Source: a virus. Taken from it: a DNA stretch of 64,000 nt. The notes below the pieces were generated by a model. It ran no database searches. It was not told where the DNA came from and worked only from the letters and a program-made list of their open reading frames with translations. Position numbers and translations under genes: made by a program. This document shows positions 9,901 through 19,979 of the stretch, piece by piece. Location: the IMG/VR virus record IMGVR_UViG_3300032257_000479, positions 32,001 to 96,000 of that record; one strand, written 5' to 3'. The stretch's first letter is position 1; every line of letters starts with the position of its first letter.

Positions 9901-11608
9901 TTGCCCTATTTGGAACTGTAGCGATAGTCGGGTTGATAGATGGAACTTCTCTACTAAATATATCTTTAATATAAGGAAGTGGATTAATAGAAGATATTCC
10001 CTCATTAGAAGGTGTACCTCCAACGATTACGAACTCTTGACAATACAGTGTGTCTGTAATAGTTGGGCCTATTCCGTTATTTATGCCATCAGGTATTTCG
10101 ATTTTCAAGACAGAGGGAACGGCTTTATCGATTACCTCGTAAGATTGGCTACCAAGCTTTGGATCCAAAAATACTATTGTTGACCCATCATCGTCTAAAG
10201 CGTCAGTGTTATTTACAAGAACATCTAGGGTTTTATTGTTGTTCAGCAACACTGAAGCCGTTGCAGTACCTGTTGTTTTTGCTCTTATTGAAAATCTTGT
10301 ATCAGAAAATACGTTAATCGTATTTGATGAAACAAAAACTTTTATACCATTCTCTGCTAGCAAAGAAGAATTTTCTATATCATTTGCCAATTCGGAAACC
10401 GCATCAAGACCAGAATTAGCTATATCATCATAGTCGAATCTGATTTCAGAAAGTTCGCCTGTGGATAACCTGAAGATTATCCCAACAAATCCAGTTCCTG
10501 CTGAATCTATTGTGAAGCTATGGTAAAATTCTGATGGCCCAAGTATTGTTCCTGATCTTACCGGATTGCCATTGAACTTCAATGTAGATGGAGTATGAGC
10601 TACATACACTCTACTTGAAAGTATTGCCCCATCAAGAGGGTCTGTTGAATTAAACGCAGAAGAAAATGCAACAAGGCCTGTTCCGTTTGGTAAAAGAGCT
10701 GTATCTAGACTATTCTGTATTCTACAAATACTATCGCTTAAAACAGGATCAATTGATGCTTCGGATATTGGCCCGCAATAACCTATTCTTGAATTCACAT
10801 AATCTGATGAACTATCAAATATGCTAAGATCGCCAACAACAGAGCCGCTAAAGCAAAAATCATCTATTGATTCAAGCGTTCTTCCTGGAATCGGATCGCT
10901 ATCCAATATCGCACACTCAGGGGACTCTATTTGATTTGTCGATTGAAGCACCTGCATTGTCTCAGGTATATAGTGAACATTTCCGCCTGAAGAATAGGTG
11001 GATTTGTATGCATCTGTTGATTTTGAAAACGATATGGGGAATTTTTGCATAGAACCAGCAGAGAATGGCATCCCGCTCATAAGGTCTATTCCCATAATAT
11101 GCATAGAGCCTTTACCGTTTTTATCTGACCTAAGAATAAACGCTCTTCCGTTTATGAATACTTTTATCTTTATACTAGGATCTGTGTCTATTTCAATAAC
11201 AGCTTTGTCATCAGGCCCAACGAATGGAGGGTAAACAGAAATTTTATCTTTTGAAGTTGATTTTGAGGATGATTCAATCTGAAAGGCAAATGCCGAAATA
11301 TCTTTTACCGACCATTCCTCTCCATTTTGTTGCTCTACATTTGCATATATGGAAACAACAGAGCTTTCTGCATAATCAGGCAAAAGCAAGTCAACAGAAC
11401 CTGAAATATCGTTAACTCCTGGCTCAATATCCACATAACCATCTTCATAGCCCTTTATAGAACACTTTTGATTATAAGTGACATTTTCTATGTATAGTCT
11501 TTGACGACGATTCGACAAAAGACCTGAAACAATAAATTCAACAGAACTTGTCTCATTGATCTTTGCACTCGTTGGCTTTAGTTTAAATAGGATTGACACC
11601 GTAAACAC
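3911..11608 (-). CDS. Giant (2565 aa) multidomain tail-tip/adhesion protein with propeller repeats and DUF642-like and laminin-B-like inserts
   Basis: Repeated H[IV][VA]W[EQ]SxR propeller blades. DUF642/choice-of-anchor-C-like segment (LINGDFES...GPIIDSVKV). Laminin-B-like segment (WYVASPRFSGD...YGGRI). The GTG at 11599 is better spaced from the upstream GGAG than the GTG at 11608. Confidence 0.7.
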   Translation of the reverse strand: MFTVSILFKLKPTSAKINETSSVEFIVSGLLSNRRQRLYIENVTYNQKCSIKGYEDGYVDIEPGVNDISGSVDLLLPDYAESSVVSIYANVEQQNGEEWSVKDISAFAFQIESSSKSTSKDKISVYPPFVGPDDKAVIEIDTDPSIKIKVFINGRAFILRSDKNGKGSMHIMGIDLMSGMPFSAGSMQKFPISFSKSTDAYKSTYSSGGNVHYIPETMQVLQSTNQIESPECAILDSDPIPGRTLESIDDFCFSGSVVGDLSIFDSSSDYVNSRIGYCGPISEASIDPVLSDSICRIQNSLDTALLPNGTGLVAFSSAFNSTDPLDGAILSSRVYVAHTPSTLKFNGNPVRSGTILGPSEFYHSFTIDSAGTGFVGIIFRLSTGELSEIRFDYDDIANSGLDAVSELANDIENSSLLAENGIKVFVSSNTINVFSDTRFSIRAKTTGTATASVLLNNNKTLDVLVNNTDALDDDGSTIVFLDPKLGSQSYEVIDKAVPSVLKIEIPDGINNGIGPTITDTLYCQEFVIVGGTPSNEGISSINPLPYIKDIFSREVPSINPTIATVPNRANGTSYCYVVCQAPVNGVYQLFYYGISVGDEIDSDLDWTQITFEGENKNAKAECDNMGNLHIVWESDRNGGPSQIYCSVLGPGSRVISNQMLVSALEKERIQDDFNLSLISISNPLSLQTGWTRFLSNGGSVSVNGTGTVGIDGNPSADSAMAVFRLDSDQDGRDFDGLFSQLSYQLAFNITASSIGGSPFPKLLDSDIDRQFTDFKSQFSKSVNDQYSKDGNIFTLDKYDAVFDKIIPIAGSYKFGDFSSSSISGGSDARNVEHLGADEYVVSDEQSVVSNAGTNVNHFMVALMPEKVRFKASNIDPLFGYLDRNELEIDSSSTYIPQIEEIVYTGRYKMALILATSEDESTGDAANKKYHLLRQFGDAIDFDEIKNVKIAVHYSKANQDFIDGRIRSNPYISEQNSRFYGDIIVTVDNEVKLGESFVADFSDQYRAFDIGLGYPDGNSFVTQEQLPFNGNEYDDLSLLIKYENISVGPHSIQPNSAYINLSSHDRSTRQMVVTENISDILINGDFESNTLPEQSVVQLSTGDLSLSSWTVGNQVEVNYAPSLELGVVSLTGDYSVALTGLNDSSLGYIEQDITTVIGEDYILSFALSSNPNASAEFGEVTRKVLASSAAFSKTFSITNIENDIDPNWIIHTVEFTAVGTTTTLRLENVSDSESPFSDYGPIIDSVKVYRSSLLPNELFSQSAKNELLLSFEEYSLNYSLSTFGDMSKLPITISTSSQNRNPDISIDLLDKAHVAWQSNRNDYWDIYYSGMRDRSIPFRFETRITDSESTSIEPSISADKKGRRLIAWHDNRKGRYYQVFSALNKLDDPMYIDQCGIDEANEFIYQAEENVDPYDPYAIILDTLSCGIEFSFEPEISGTYYFVLDFYSDRERTSLIKSIDSRNSILGWKIDGNQMTALGAFALSSVSVPVTYTVSDDDGLGDSIYYVDIKYESVGSNDGDPTSYVDATQEDPAFGASIEVGDFEFDNVIFFKESLKKAGFNQSPENVSDIFETVSDDQSDGFSSPSSIIIGGNGILQGFDKDDIVASYYIQYDKIGSEEPTQKDFSITFEGPIVAIYVAPTTLDETNLTLGRRDVVYSQNNSRGTATSPDDSIVISEDRRTISGTFATARFNIDSMRVVVETLPEDSDTSGLIDAVYHCPFEQSKRCAVETDYYNDTQVDQEKMHFRVTFFADSEMNSAVFSSFSLFDVDNWIFGPSGYPASGVDVVSGETISIAFDPEVLPFEKFDDQGGEVENRTISSHFTFGSDNWSIQTSSGTSSALWLNDNSNGSLFHEDALPGDAWYVASPRFSGDIETLYGGRIDLSMRLDQDFSPSLGSQNLIIEIESSNGGTLRYTGSSRPDRGPLYSPFSVPLQSNTSWTHEPAGGGGFVASTETTMRSVIKDIETIRVSADFYSDADKSYLNSFSISPSNENSIPVFNKPLLCGVNYFYTIERFFEGAFNHVKDGSFLCPCFGTDANIWREDKDSINWLCSGQGFDDFRITQTDREAINANVVSSSNDLFYVSWEDYRFSRLSSDQPVISPDYFFGVYNANEDKFYSSAQGSYDRRMTYYEDETNGSLTLFDSSLFVDPFQNINIAFHDGSKVYHQGCSVGCAYEPFDPEMISPCMFTDGTDDSFYFVSTGPERDIEQYQKIRIRDEYVVYSTYLDIDTPISIINDCFIELDIIGVPGTYAYRLKNEDDDSFSEWMPIGPDLPVQAEDSDGASDERDFFRGYFIGKDRFIAPWIASSGNGTKRICCEVLTYFGKTERFCVDFQSIYKEIKYEIDFFFDESFESKVPSYNNYPILSTKETTTEITEEELRSIGEEVSSETSNTIYVRIKFEDVQKLELLERMRSLDRFSSFGEISFSVYQQGLNDQIGLSLTKQSNGVYSGSFTVEEDDSVLNVDGLGVILINIPGQCSPISFEDQNARLLKLLSPQNLDQNISILNNLDVFIDNYSDDDIRGSFGDPSYYKKNRFGIDSRGKEDIGETGGNNQWAGGGDGPLDNS

Positions 11609-12680
11609 TCTCCATCATATAATCAAATTTCTCTACCATTTTATCATAACCATAATTTCTATTCACAAAATTGTAGGCTTTTTCAGATTTATCCTTTGCT
11701 GAATCATAATCATCGACAACTAACTTCATCGCCATTGATACATCAGATGTTTTAATTCTTGGCCATTTTTGATAAGCAAACTGAGGTATATTGTCCATCA
11801 TGTCATGATGCAAAAAACCATCTGGCTTAATCAAGGAGCATCTGTCTTCTCTTGCATAGTCACAGCAACCTGAAAAGTCCGTAACAATAACAGGAACATT
11901 TACTGACATGGCTTGAAGCGGAGGAAGTCCAAATCCCTCTCCTAAGTTGGGCGAAATCAAGCAATCTGCTGATTTGTAAAATGATGGCATTTGATCATTG
12001 CTGAATATATTACTTTCAAACAAAATGGGGGCTAAATCCTCCCCAAATATCTTCATCCTGTCTGCAGTCTCTCTTTTTGCCTTGTCTACTTTATCTGTTT
12101 TTATAACAAGTCTCACTTTATCGTTAGAGCTAAAAGCTTCCGCCCAAGCATCTAAAAGGATATCCCAACCTTTTCTTTTCCTCCAAGTTCCAACAAATAG
12201 AAACACAAAATCATCGTTTTTATATAAAGGCGAAACATCTTTATTCCATCTATTCATATCTAAACCATGAGGAATATGTATTATTGGCTTCCTTACGCCT
12301 TGTTTTTCAAATGTTTTTGCATTGAACTCTGAAGGACATATAACTGCATCATTTTGATTTAAAGTACTGATCCATCGAGCTGGTGGCTTAAATGTTTCAA
12401 ATGTAGCATACCCTATGTTCTTTTTAAGTCTATTATCGACTCTTCTATGCATATCTGGTATCAAATGAAAAATCTGAACCGCATTAGGGTTTTGGGGTTT
12501 ATTTGTTAAAGATTGTATTTTTCTATACATACTTTCAGAAAAAGAATCTTTCTGTATTGTATGAATGCAGTTTACTCTAACATCATAGCGACCAGATGCG
12601 TCTAGCGCTAAAACATTTGTCAAGGCCGCTTGAGCGTATCCTGTTTGATTCATAAAGCAAACATAATCGATTGGTATCAT
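11583..12680 (-). CDS. Glycosyltransferase, GT-B fold (GT4-like)
   Basis: TGYAQAA, FLFVGTWRKRKGWDILL and GEGFGLPPLQAM motifs. Confidence 0.92.
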   Translation of the reverse strand: MIPIDYVCFMNQTGYAQAALTNVLALDASGRYDVRVNCIHTIQKDSFSESMYRKIQSLTNKPQNPNAVQIFHLIPDMHRRVDNRLKKNIGYATFETFKPPARWISTLNQNDAVICPSEFNAKTFEKQGVRKPIIHIPHGLDMNRWNKDVSPLYKNDDFVFLFVGTWRKRKGWDILLDAWAEAFSSNDKVRLVIKTDKVDKAKRETADRMKIFGEDLAPILFESNIFSNDQMPSFYKSADCLISPNLGEGFGLPPLQAMSVNVPVIVTDFSGCCDYAREDRCSLIKPDGFLHHDMMDNIPQFAYQKWPRIKTSDVSMAMKLVVDDYDSAKDKSEKAYNFVNRNYGYDKMVEKFDYMMESVYGVNPI

Positions 12681-12692
12681 ATATCAGACTCT

Positions 12693-15600
12693 TTAAGTGC
12701 TGATAACGATATTGTTATTCAGCAATGCTCGAACATCATTAATTTTGCTAAATAATCCGTCTCCAATTTGCCAAACGACATTCCCAAACTGATCCAACTT
12801 AACTATTCTGCCTGAATTTTGTAAAAAACTTGTTTCTGCAACAACGTAATTTCCTACAACATCAAGAACAGCATCGCTAGCATAGGACCCATCAGGAAGA
12901 TCATACTGAAAACTTATAGCTCCAGTATTCTTATCGATCAAAATGACCTTACCTCTATAGCCTCCAAGCTTGCGAGTTGCCTCTTGCTCAAACGTTTCCT
13001 CCCCATCAACTGTTGGCGGAGGCACCTCGTCATCAATTTGTATTAATCCAGCTATCAAAAGGTTATTTTCGTCAACTTCATAGACTGATCCAAGGGTATA
13101 ATCCGTGAAAGTTAGATTATCATAAGTAAAGCCTGTTTGTCCCGTTTCAAAATCAAACTCTATTATAGTTGAAAATCCTGTTTGCTCATCGCTATCTGTG
13201 CTGCTTCCATCAACAATAATCAGTATAACAGATGTCTGCGTGCTAAAGTTTGATGATGGGTCATTTGCATTGACATAGTTGGCTGTAAGGGTTATTGTAT
13301 ATTCCCCTATTACATCAGATGATGGGTCTGTTACTGTGAGCGTCCCAGATGTCCCAGGAGGGGCAGAAGCGAAACTTACGACTCCTGAGAGCTGTGCCGG
13401 TATGTCTGCCGTCCAGTTGATCACAAATCCATCTCCTGGAGCGTCAACAGATACTTCAAAGGTGCTGCTTGAGCCAACAGATACTTCTAGCTTTTGAACA
13501 GTCGAGGACTCTTCTACATCAAATGATATTTTAGAGTTTCCTATTATCCATTTTCCGGTAGATAATTCATTTGCAAATACTGGTCTATGTATTCCCTCAA
13601 TGAAAACGAGATTTCCGATATCAACAGTCATACCTCTTGGACCGATACGCTGCCCAACAGATGTTGTTGGTTGTATATCTTGAGGGAAAGCTCCTGGTCT
13701 AATTTGTAGAGAAACAACTGATGTCTGATTCGTCAACTGACTTGTCTTATCTAATGACAAATCTATTTCAAGAATCCTCAAATTGAACGGATTCTCATTC
13801 AATGTATCATTAACGCCCAGATCTATGAATGATCCACCAATCCAAAGCCTGAACTTAGTAATATCTATTTCTCCCAAAGTTATTTCTTGAGAAAATGCTA
13901 TTGAAAGTTTTCCGCTTGACTGATTGTATGTCGCGGAAAGGTGATAAAAGAAGTTTTCATCAGTTATATTATGGCTTGCTACGCCTTTTATGAAGTTTCC
14001 ATCTGGATCAGAAAGAATAACCCTATCATTCTCAAGATCCGCAACAAGGAATTCCTTGCTTGGCAATCTGTATACAGAGAATGGATTATTTAGACCAATA
14101 GCCCCTTGAGTCGCTGAAAAATTCGAAGACTCATTTGGAGAAATTGGCCATCCCTCTCCTTGAAATCCAACAACAGCAACTCTTTCAGGATCAGGTCCAG
14201 TCTCAGATACGACATTCTTGAATGAATAATACATATTCCCAACAGCAACATCGTCTGCTATTTTTATGAATGAGTCAAAAGTAAATGAGTCTTGCTGTCT
14301 TTCGGCGTTTACATATTCGCCTCGATCCCAAGTCTCTCCATCTGAAATGGTAAATCCAACATCTTCAGATGCTGATATATACTGAAGCTCAACAGAATCC
14401 AAAACAGGAGTCAGGCTTCTTCCATCATTGGATAGCAATCTGACATCTATTTCTATATCTGTTCCCTCAAGAGCGAAAACATCGCCTGATCTTAAATTGG
14501 AAGTAAACGCTGATCTATTTAATAGCGATGGAGAATTTGCGACTCTAGCTCTCGCTAGTATGCTGGTTCCTGTAGGTATTTCTGTTATGTAGTTGATCGC
14601 ATTAAAAACAACCGGGACTTGGCTCGAATATCTAAATCTAACATACCCCTCTGGTGGAAACAATTCTTGATTCCTTAAGAATATGTTGTCTATATAAAAA
14701 ATGTGCTTACTGCAAATATCGTTAGTGTAAAATACTATTTCACTTACATTGCCTCTTGCTTCATTATCTATTGAGAAAACTCTTCTTTCAAATCCATTTG
14801 CATCTGGATCAGGATTCTCTGTTATTTCGTCTTCGCCTAAAACAAGGTAATCTTGACTTCTTTCAGCCTCATCGCCTTCGCCGTTTACAAAATACATGAA
14901 TACGGCTCCATGACTTTGACTTAAGCTCTTGACATCTAAAAACAATTCATCGAATAATGACCAGTCGCTATTATCAGAAGATAGTTGACGACTAAACACT
15001 ACTTGAAAATCCCTGTCCGTGTTGAATTTTCCGCTGTAAAAACCTTGAGTCTTCAAGTTATCAGCTTGCTCCGCTGTTACTCCTATGTTGTCATCTACTA
15101 TTATTGTAGAAGACGCAAAGCCAGGAATCGCAACGCCTGCACTTGCTACATTCTCAAAGTTTTCAACAAATTGACTTGAAAGTCCGCCTCTAGTAAGACT
15201 TACCGTATCAAGAGCAATCGTTACAAGATTTCTATCATATGCACTAAGGAATGCTTGATTAGTATCCCAGAAAACAGAGTTTATTTGTCCGAATGCAGTA
15301 GGTTTACCTGATATGCATTGGCTAGTTAAATCTATTACAGAATTTGACGCATCAAAATCGATAAGGCTATTTGTTGTTACTCCGGGTATTACATTTAATG
15401 TATTTATGAATCCATCTTCGACTTCGGGATTATCATATTTCCATGCCGTCAAAAGCTTCATTAAGTTGGAACCAGAAACTTCTCCCAATAATTCCCTGTT
15501 GCCTGTTGAAACTATTCTAGCAAAAGAATCAAGAGCAGCATGGGTTAATAAACCATTGTTTTCCAGATCATTGTGATCCAGTATTGGTATTCTCTCTGGG

Positions 15601-16214
15601 TCCAATCTTCCGCTTATTATTTTTCCCGCGTCAAAATCTTCGAGTCTAGCTCCAGGCAATTGGTTTCTTGTCTCTTTCCTTAAATCAATCTTCGATGGAG
15701 AGCCCCTGTGCTTATGCTTAGCAATCTCTTCTTTGATCAATTCAATAAAACCTATCTCTTCTCTAAACGTATTGTCTACAGATAATACACTATTTGATCC
15801 TGTTGTAACTCTTCCCAATCTAATAGCTCCGCCGCCCAACGGTTGTCTGCTATATATAAATGAAACTTCTCTCGTTGAAGTTGAGCCGCCTGTAATGATT
15901 GCGTAAATATCAACAGAATCATTTGCTGGTAAATCGCTTATATCAACAGGGAACGTCGTTTCGGCTGCTATGAGATTTATGATACCTATACCAGAAGAAA
16001 CCGTAACAGAAATATTTCCTGTTCCAGTTGTATTTGGAGTTGGTTCAAGAGTCCACCCCTTTATTACTCCATTCCCAAAAATGCTATACAAGCCATAAAG
16101 CTGCTTATCTATAAGTAAAAATCTATCAATTTCTTTTCGTACATTGACAGCAAGATCCAATCGATCTCTAAAATCGAAGAAAGCCATGCCGTAAAATGGT
16201 GTTTGACCAGCCAT
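12693..16214 (-). CDS. Large tail/baseplate-associated protein with C-terminal beta-propeller
   Basis: 1173 aa. N-terminal GNGVIKGW...VTVSSG tail motif. NHL-like segments (PFSVYRLPSKEFLVADLENDRVI; GRIVKLDQFGNVVWQ). Confidence 0.6.
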   Translation of the reverse strand: MAGQTPFYGMAFFDFRDRLDLAVNVRKEIDRFLLIDKQLYGLYSIFGNGVIKGWTLEPTPNTTGTGNISVTVSSGIGIINLIAAETTFPVDISDLPANDSVDIYAIITGGSTSTREVSFIYSRQPLGGGAIRLGRVTTGSNSVLSVDNTFREEIGFIELIKEEIAKHKHRGSPSKIDLRKETRNQLPGARLEDFDAGKIISGRLDPERIPILDHNDLENNGLLTHAALDSFARIVSTGNRELLGEVSGSNLMKLLTAWKYDNPEVEDGFINTLNVIPGVTTNSLIDFDASNSVIDLTSQCISGKPTAFGQINSVFWDTNQAFLSAYDRNLVTIALDTVSLTRGGLSSQFVENFENVASAGVAIPGFASSTIIVDDNIGVTAEQADNLKTQGFYSGKFNTDRDFQVVFSRQLSSDNSDWSLFDELFLDVKSLSQSHGAVFMYFVNGEGDEAERSQDYLVLGEDEITENPDPDANGFERRVFSIDNEARGNVSEIVFYTNDICSKHIFYIDNIFLRNQELFPPEGYVRFRYSSQVPVVFNAINYITEIPTGTSILARARVANSPSLLNRSAFTSNLRSGDVFALEGTDIEIDVRLLSNDGRSLTPVLDSVELQYISASEDVGFTISDGETWDRGEYVNAERQQDSFTFDSFIKIADDVAVGNMYYSFKNVVSETGPDPERVAVVGFQGEGWPISPNESSNFSATQGAIGLNNPFSVYRLPSKEFLVADLENDRVILSDPDGNFIKGVASHNITDENFFYHLSATYNQSSGKLSIAFSQEITLGEIDITKFRLWIGGSFIDLGVNDTLNENPFNLRILEIDLSLDKTSQLTNQTSVVSLQIRPGAFPQDIQPTTSVGQRIGPRGMTVDIGNLVFIEGIHRPVFANELSTGKWIIGNSKISFDVEESSTVQKLEVSVGSSSTFEVSVDAPGDGFVINWTADIPAQLSGVVSFASAPPGTSGTLTVTDPSSDVIGEYTITLTANYVNANDPSSNFSTQTSVILIIVDGSSTDSDEQTGFSTIIEFDFETGQTGFTYDNLTFTDYTLGSVYEVDENNLLIAGLIQIDDEVPPPTVDGEETFEQEATRKLGGYRGKVILIDKNTGAISFQYDLPDGSYASDAVLDVVGNYVVAETSFLQNSGRIVKLDQFGNVVWQIGDGLFSKINDVRALLNNNIVIST

Positions 16215-16224
16215 GTATTATCCC

Positions 16225-16437
16225 TTATCGTCCAACAACCGGAGGACCGCCCAGATTTACAACAAGAAGTCCTTCTTGAGCATAGTATTTGGTTAATTGG
16301 AACATAGCAGTCCCTCTATACCCTTGCCTTCCTTCTCTTACAGAATCCGCAACTTCGCCTTTATTCATTTCCGCTTCGGCCCTGTTCTTGCTTTTATTCT
16401 GTATACTTCTTGCTGAGTTTCTTCCTGATGCTGACAT
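16225..16437 (-). CDS. Small basic hypothetical protein
   Basis: 70 aa with an AAGGAG ribosome-binding site upstream. Fills the gap between two tail genes. Confidence 0.65.
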   Translation of the reverse strand: MSASGRNSARSIQNKSKNRAEAEMNKGEVADSVREGRQGYRGTAMFQLTKYYAQEGLLVVNLGGPPVVGR

Positions 16438-16449
16438 TATTGTTCTCCT

Positions 16450-19400
16450 TTATTCCTGACCTGCGTTATTTTGAGTTACATTGCCATCAAGTTCAATTGA
16501 TGTGTTATTTGTTTCTCCCCACTCAATATTGGTTGATGGGAATAGCCAGTAACATGTAAACTCTTGCCACCATTGATTTTTACTTGGATCAAGAGTTGAT
16601 TTTATATCGCCTATAATTAATCTTTGAGGCTCTATCATTCCCATGCCCCTAAATGTAACAATATCAAGAGGTCTTAATAAATTTCTTCCAACAGCCTTAA
16701 ATGATATAATAACAGGTGGAATAAACATTTTTGTTAAATTCTTGATATACCATTTAACAGTTGCTTCATCTCCAAATATACCATCTGCCTGCATATATTC
16801 CTTTGGATAACCCAAGAATCCTGGTTTATCCGGGTCAAACAACGAATCAAAATTTGTATGTCCTGCTACAAGTAACTTCCCGTCAGGTGTTGTGGAAATG
16901 ATTCTTATCTCATTGTTAATATCTTCTACTTTTCTGTTTATTTGATAAGCATCAAACACTTGTCTGTGTATTTCGTGCTCATTGGAATCATCTGGACTGG
17001 CAAAAAAATCAACCTTAGATAATCTGTTCCAATCAAAAGCGCTTAGTTCTTCGTTGTCACCTCCGCCTTGCTGAAACCCAAAAAGCTCTTGTTCGTAAGG
17101 CAAAGAATCATAATGAAAAACCCCAAGTCTATCAAAAAAGAAAACCTTTCCTGCAAGACTGGCTATTTTTTGAATAGCTCCATAATAATCGTCTCCATCT
17201 TTAAATCTTAAAAACGGTTCTTGAAGAATATCGTAAGAACCAGGTAACGCAAATTCTCTGTTAAATAAAGTCTCACCATTGTGAACCAAATTTATCCAAT
17301 TGTTACCTTCTTTATAATCTGCTAACCTTTTCAAGAGAGAAGCTGGCTGAGTTTGATCTTTAACTGAACCACCGCTTCCTGCTCCATCTCTAAATGCTGC
17401 CAATTGAAGTATTTCGTATATGGCATTAAAGTCTCTCATCTTATCGAAAAATGGCGAGTTCTTAAATTTTTGATCTTTAAGTATACCAGAATAATCAACC
17501 ACTTTGCATTTCATGGTTCTTTTATTATTCTCATAAGAAACTTCTCCGCCAAAACATAAGCCGGTGAACAAGACTCTGTCTATATCTCTGGATGGTAAAG
17601 GCATAATTCCACCTTCCCACCAAGATGATATCTGAACATAGAAAGCTTTGTCTGTCAAACTGTGTAGATATGGAGCATAGTTTTGATCATCTTGAAACTG
17701 CATACCTGCATTTATTAAAAAGGTTAAATTACCTTGATGATCTATCGTATTAAGCTGACCGCCTTGCCACCCATCAGCAGACCAGTCTTCGTTAAAACTT
17801 AAAACATGGTGACTTACATCTATCTTTTGCTTACTAAATGCAGGATCATCATCAGCGGGAACATATAATCTAAATCCTGTCATTATAGGAGTTATGCAAT
17901 TCTCTAGTCTCCAGTCATTTGAACCAGGAGAGCTTTCTGTATCGAAGTCTCCATCAATAGCTTCAAAAATATAAGTGCCTGCCTGTAATTTAACTGCAGC
18001 TTGGACAGTAAAAACATAATCATTATTTGATCCAATTGATTGTAGGCCGTTTCTTGAATTTATACATATCGTGCTTTTGTCTCTGTCCCTGTTCTGTGCA
18101 GAAATCTGTTGATCTGGAGCTTTACCTCTTTTTTGAACTAAATCAGGTTGAACGGCAATTGCCCTAGTTGAAGTTTTTCTTCCGTTAATTACTTCTTCAT
18201 ATATTTCAGCATCTTGATTATATTGAAAATCACTATTTGTTGTTTTCTTAGGCTTTGAGTTTGCTTTTTTGTTATTCGAAGTATTATAATCTAAAGTTTG
18301 CGCAACGCCTTTATCTCTTAACAGAAAACTCATATCGCTATCATCAACTGGGCCAAGAACAGATAATGGTTGAGGCATAGGCATATCTGCTACATTTGTG
18401 TATATTACAGGAGAAAAGCTAAACGCGCACTTTACATTGCCTGCCATGACAGCCATTCTTCCATGAGCAATAAGCATTGGAACTCTCTCTGAAACAAAAT
18501 CAGCTTCAGTTTGCTCATCGCTTGTTGAGTCATTTGAGGATCTGTTTACAAGGTCAGCTCTCTCTATTATCCAAGGATTATCTTCATGTCCCGAAAATGT
18601 AATTATGATTCTACCTAAATGCTGCCTAACGGTCATTCTTAAATTATCTTGACTCATAAGATCTCTTGAATTAGAATCTTTGTATGTAGAAAGCCTTCTG
18701 AGAATAGGAAATTCTGAAAGAGATGGAACTCTTCGGGAGCCCGCTTTTTCTGAATCATCTCCAGCATCGTCCCCTTCAACTTCGCAAGGTATATTTATTC
18801 TGTCATAGTGGCAAAATATTGGAGAAGATTTTTCTGCGAGCAGTATATAATAATTATGGCCTTTGTTTGTAAATATTCCATCTTTATTTGTTACGCCCTG
18901 ACTGCCTATTCCTATCTCTACCATATAATAAGCTTGTCTACTAAGATCAAACTTATCTAAAGACTCAGTTCTCACTGATCCGTCTTCTTCAAGCTGTATC
19001 ATCGCTAAGTTCTTTAGCCTGCAAGCTTTTGAATTGGAGTCTATAGAATTTACATCAAGATGCTCAAACTTTTTAAGCATTTTAAATTTTGCAGATCTGT
19101 TTCTGGGAACATCATTTGATCTAGCTTGTCTCCTAAATTCTACCCAAAAATCTTCTCCTTGAAAAATTGGAGTCCTCTTTTCTAGTCTCCAATGAATTCC
19201 TGGATTTATGTTTTTATAAACACCATTATTTAAAATAGTAGTATCATTATCTAATCCGTTTTGTTCAATAAGAGTAACAGGGCTAGCTAGGGCATTCTTT
19301 GTTTGTCTAGGGGAAATGAATTCTGATGTCAAATCTGAATAAGTAACTCCGTTCTCAAGAGTGACAACAACTGGCGAATTAATAGCATCGTAATCCCAAC

Positions 19401-19977
19401 CTGATGCCATTCTATAATGAATAGATTCAAGCGGGTCTTCTGGCTCATTCCCCTTTTCACTTGGAAGGACAACGTAGTCTGAATATATGCTTCCGTCATT
19501 TATCCACATATGATGAGCAGCCTTCGCTGTTGCTGATGTTGCAGTTGTTCCATCTAGAGTTAAGAGTCTTTCTCCTTCGGATCCTGACAGTATCTCTCTC
19601 GTTCCCCCATAAAACTCCAGGTTTGCAAGCGGAATAACATCTGATGTCTTTTGATTTTCTCTGGCTGTATTTTTCTCTTCTATGTCTTCTGATTCAGTTC
19701 TCTTTTTTGCGCAAACAAAATTATGTTGATAGCCTGGCTCGTATGCCAAAAACACTCCATCAATACCGTTTATGCCTTGAAGCTTTTCCCTGATATCTTC
19801 TGGAGCTACAGCAATAGTTTCTGGCGAAAAAATAAAATTCTGATCTTGTTGGCGACGAACTGATATTGGAAGATTTCCCCATATCTCGCATTTGAATTTT
19901 AATTGACCAGTAAAACCAGGAGACCCCTTTCGGAAATCGCCTGTTGGCCCTCTGGTAAATGAATCGTCTCTTCCCAT
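16450..19977 (-). CDS. Putative tail hub/Tal-like protein
   Basis: 1175 aa, two genes downstream of the tape measure gene. C-terminal hub-like pattern (VLFTG...CKVVDYSGILK...FFFDRLGVFHY...GRNLLRPLDIVTF). Confidence 0.55.
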   Translation of the reverse strand: MGRDDSFTRGPTGDFRKGSPGFTGQLKFKCEIWGNLPISVRRQQDQNFIFSPETIAVAPEDIREKLQGINGIDGVFLAYEPGYQHNFVCAKKRTESEDIEEKNTARENQKTSDVIPLANLEFYGGTREILSGSEGERLLTLDGTTATSATAKAAHHMWINDGSIYSDYVVLPSEKGNEPEDPLESIHYRMASGWDYDAINSPVVVTLENGVTYSDLTSEFISPRQTKNALASPVTLIEQNGLDNDTTILNNGVYKNINPGIHWRLEKRTPIFQGEDFWVEFRRQARSNDVPRNRSAKFKMLKKFEHLDVNSIDSNSKACRLKNLAMIQLEEDGSVRTESLDKFDLSRQAYYMVEIGIGSQGVTNKDGIFTNKGHNYYILLAEKSSPIFCHYDRINIPCEVEGDDAGDDSEKAGSRRVPSLSEFPILRRLSTYKDSNSRDLMSQDNLRMTVRQHLGRIIITFSGHEDNPWIIERADLVNRSSNDSTSDEQTEADFVSERVPMLIAHGRMAVMAGNVKCAFSFSPVIYTNVADMPMPQPLSVLGPVDDSDMSFLLRDKGVAQTLDYNTSNNKKANSKPKKTTNSDFQYNQDAEIYEEVINGRKTSTRAIAVQPDLVQKRGKAPDQQISAQNRDRDKSTICINSRNGLQSIGSNNDYVFTVQAAVKLQAGTYIFEAIDGDFDTESSPGSNDWRLENCITPIMTGFRLYVPADDDPAFSKQKIDVSHHVLSFNEDWSADGWQGGQLNTIDHQGNLTFLINAGMQFQDDQNYAPYLHSLTDKAFYVQISSWWEGGIMPLPSRDIDRVLFTGLCFGGEVSYENNKRTMKCKVVDYSGILKDQKFKNSPFFDKMRDFNAIYEILQLAAFRDGAGSGGSVKDQTQPASLLKRLADYKEGNNWINLVHNGETLFNREFALPGSYDILQEPFLRFKDGDDYYGAIQKIASLAGKVFFFDRLGVFHYDSLPYEQELFGFQQGGGDNEELSAFDWNRLSKVDFFASPDDSNEHEIHRQVFDAYQINRKVEDINNEIRIISTTPDGKLLVAGHTNFDSLFDPDKPGFLGYPKEYMQADGIFGDEATVKWYIKNLTKMFIPPVIISFKAVGRNLLRPLDIVTFRGMGMIEPQRLIIGDIKSTLDPSKNQWWQEFTCYWLFPSTNIEWGETNNTSIELDGNVTQNNAGQE

Positions 19978-19979
19978 TA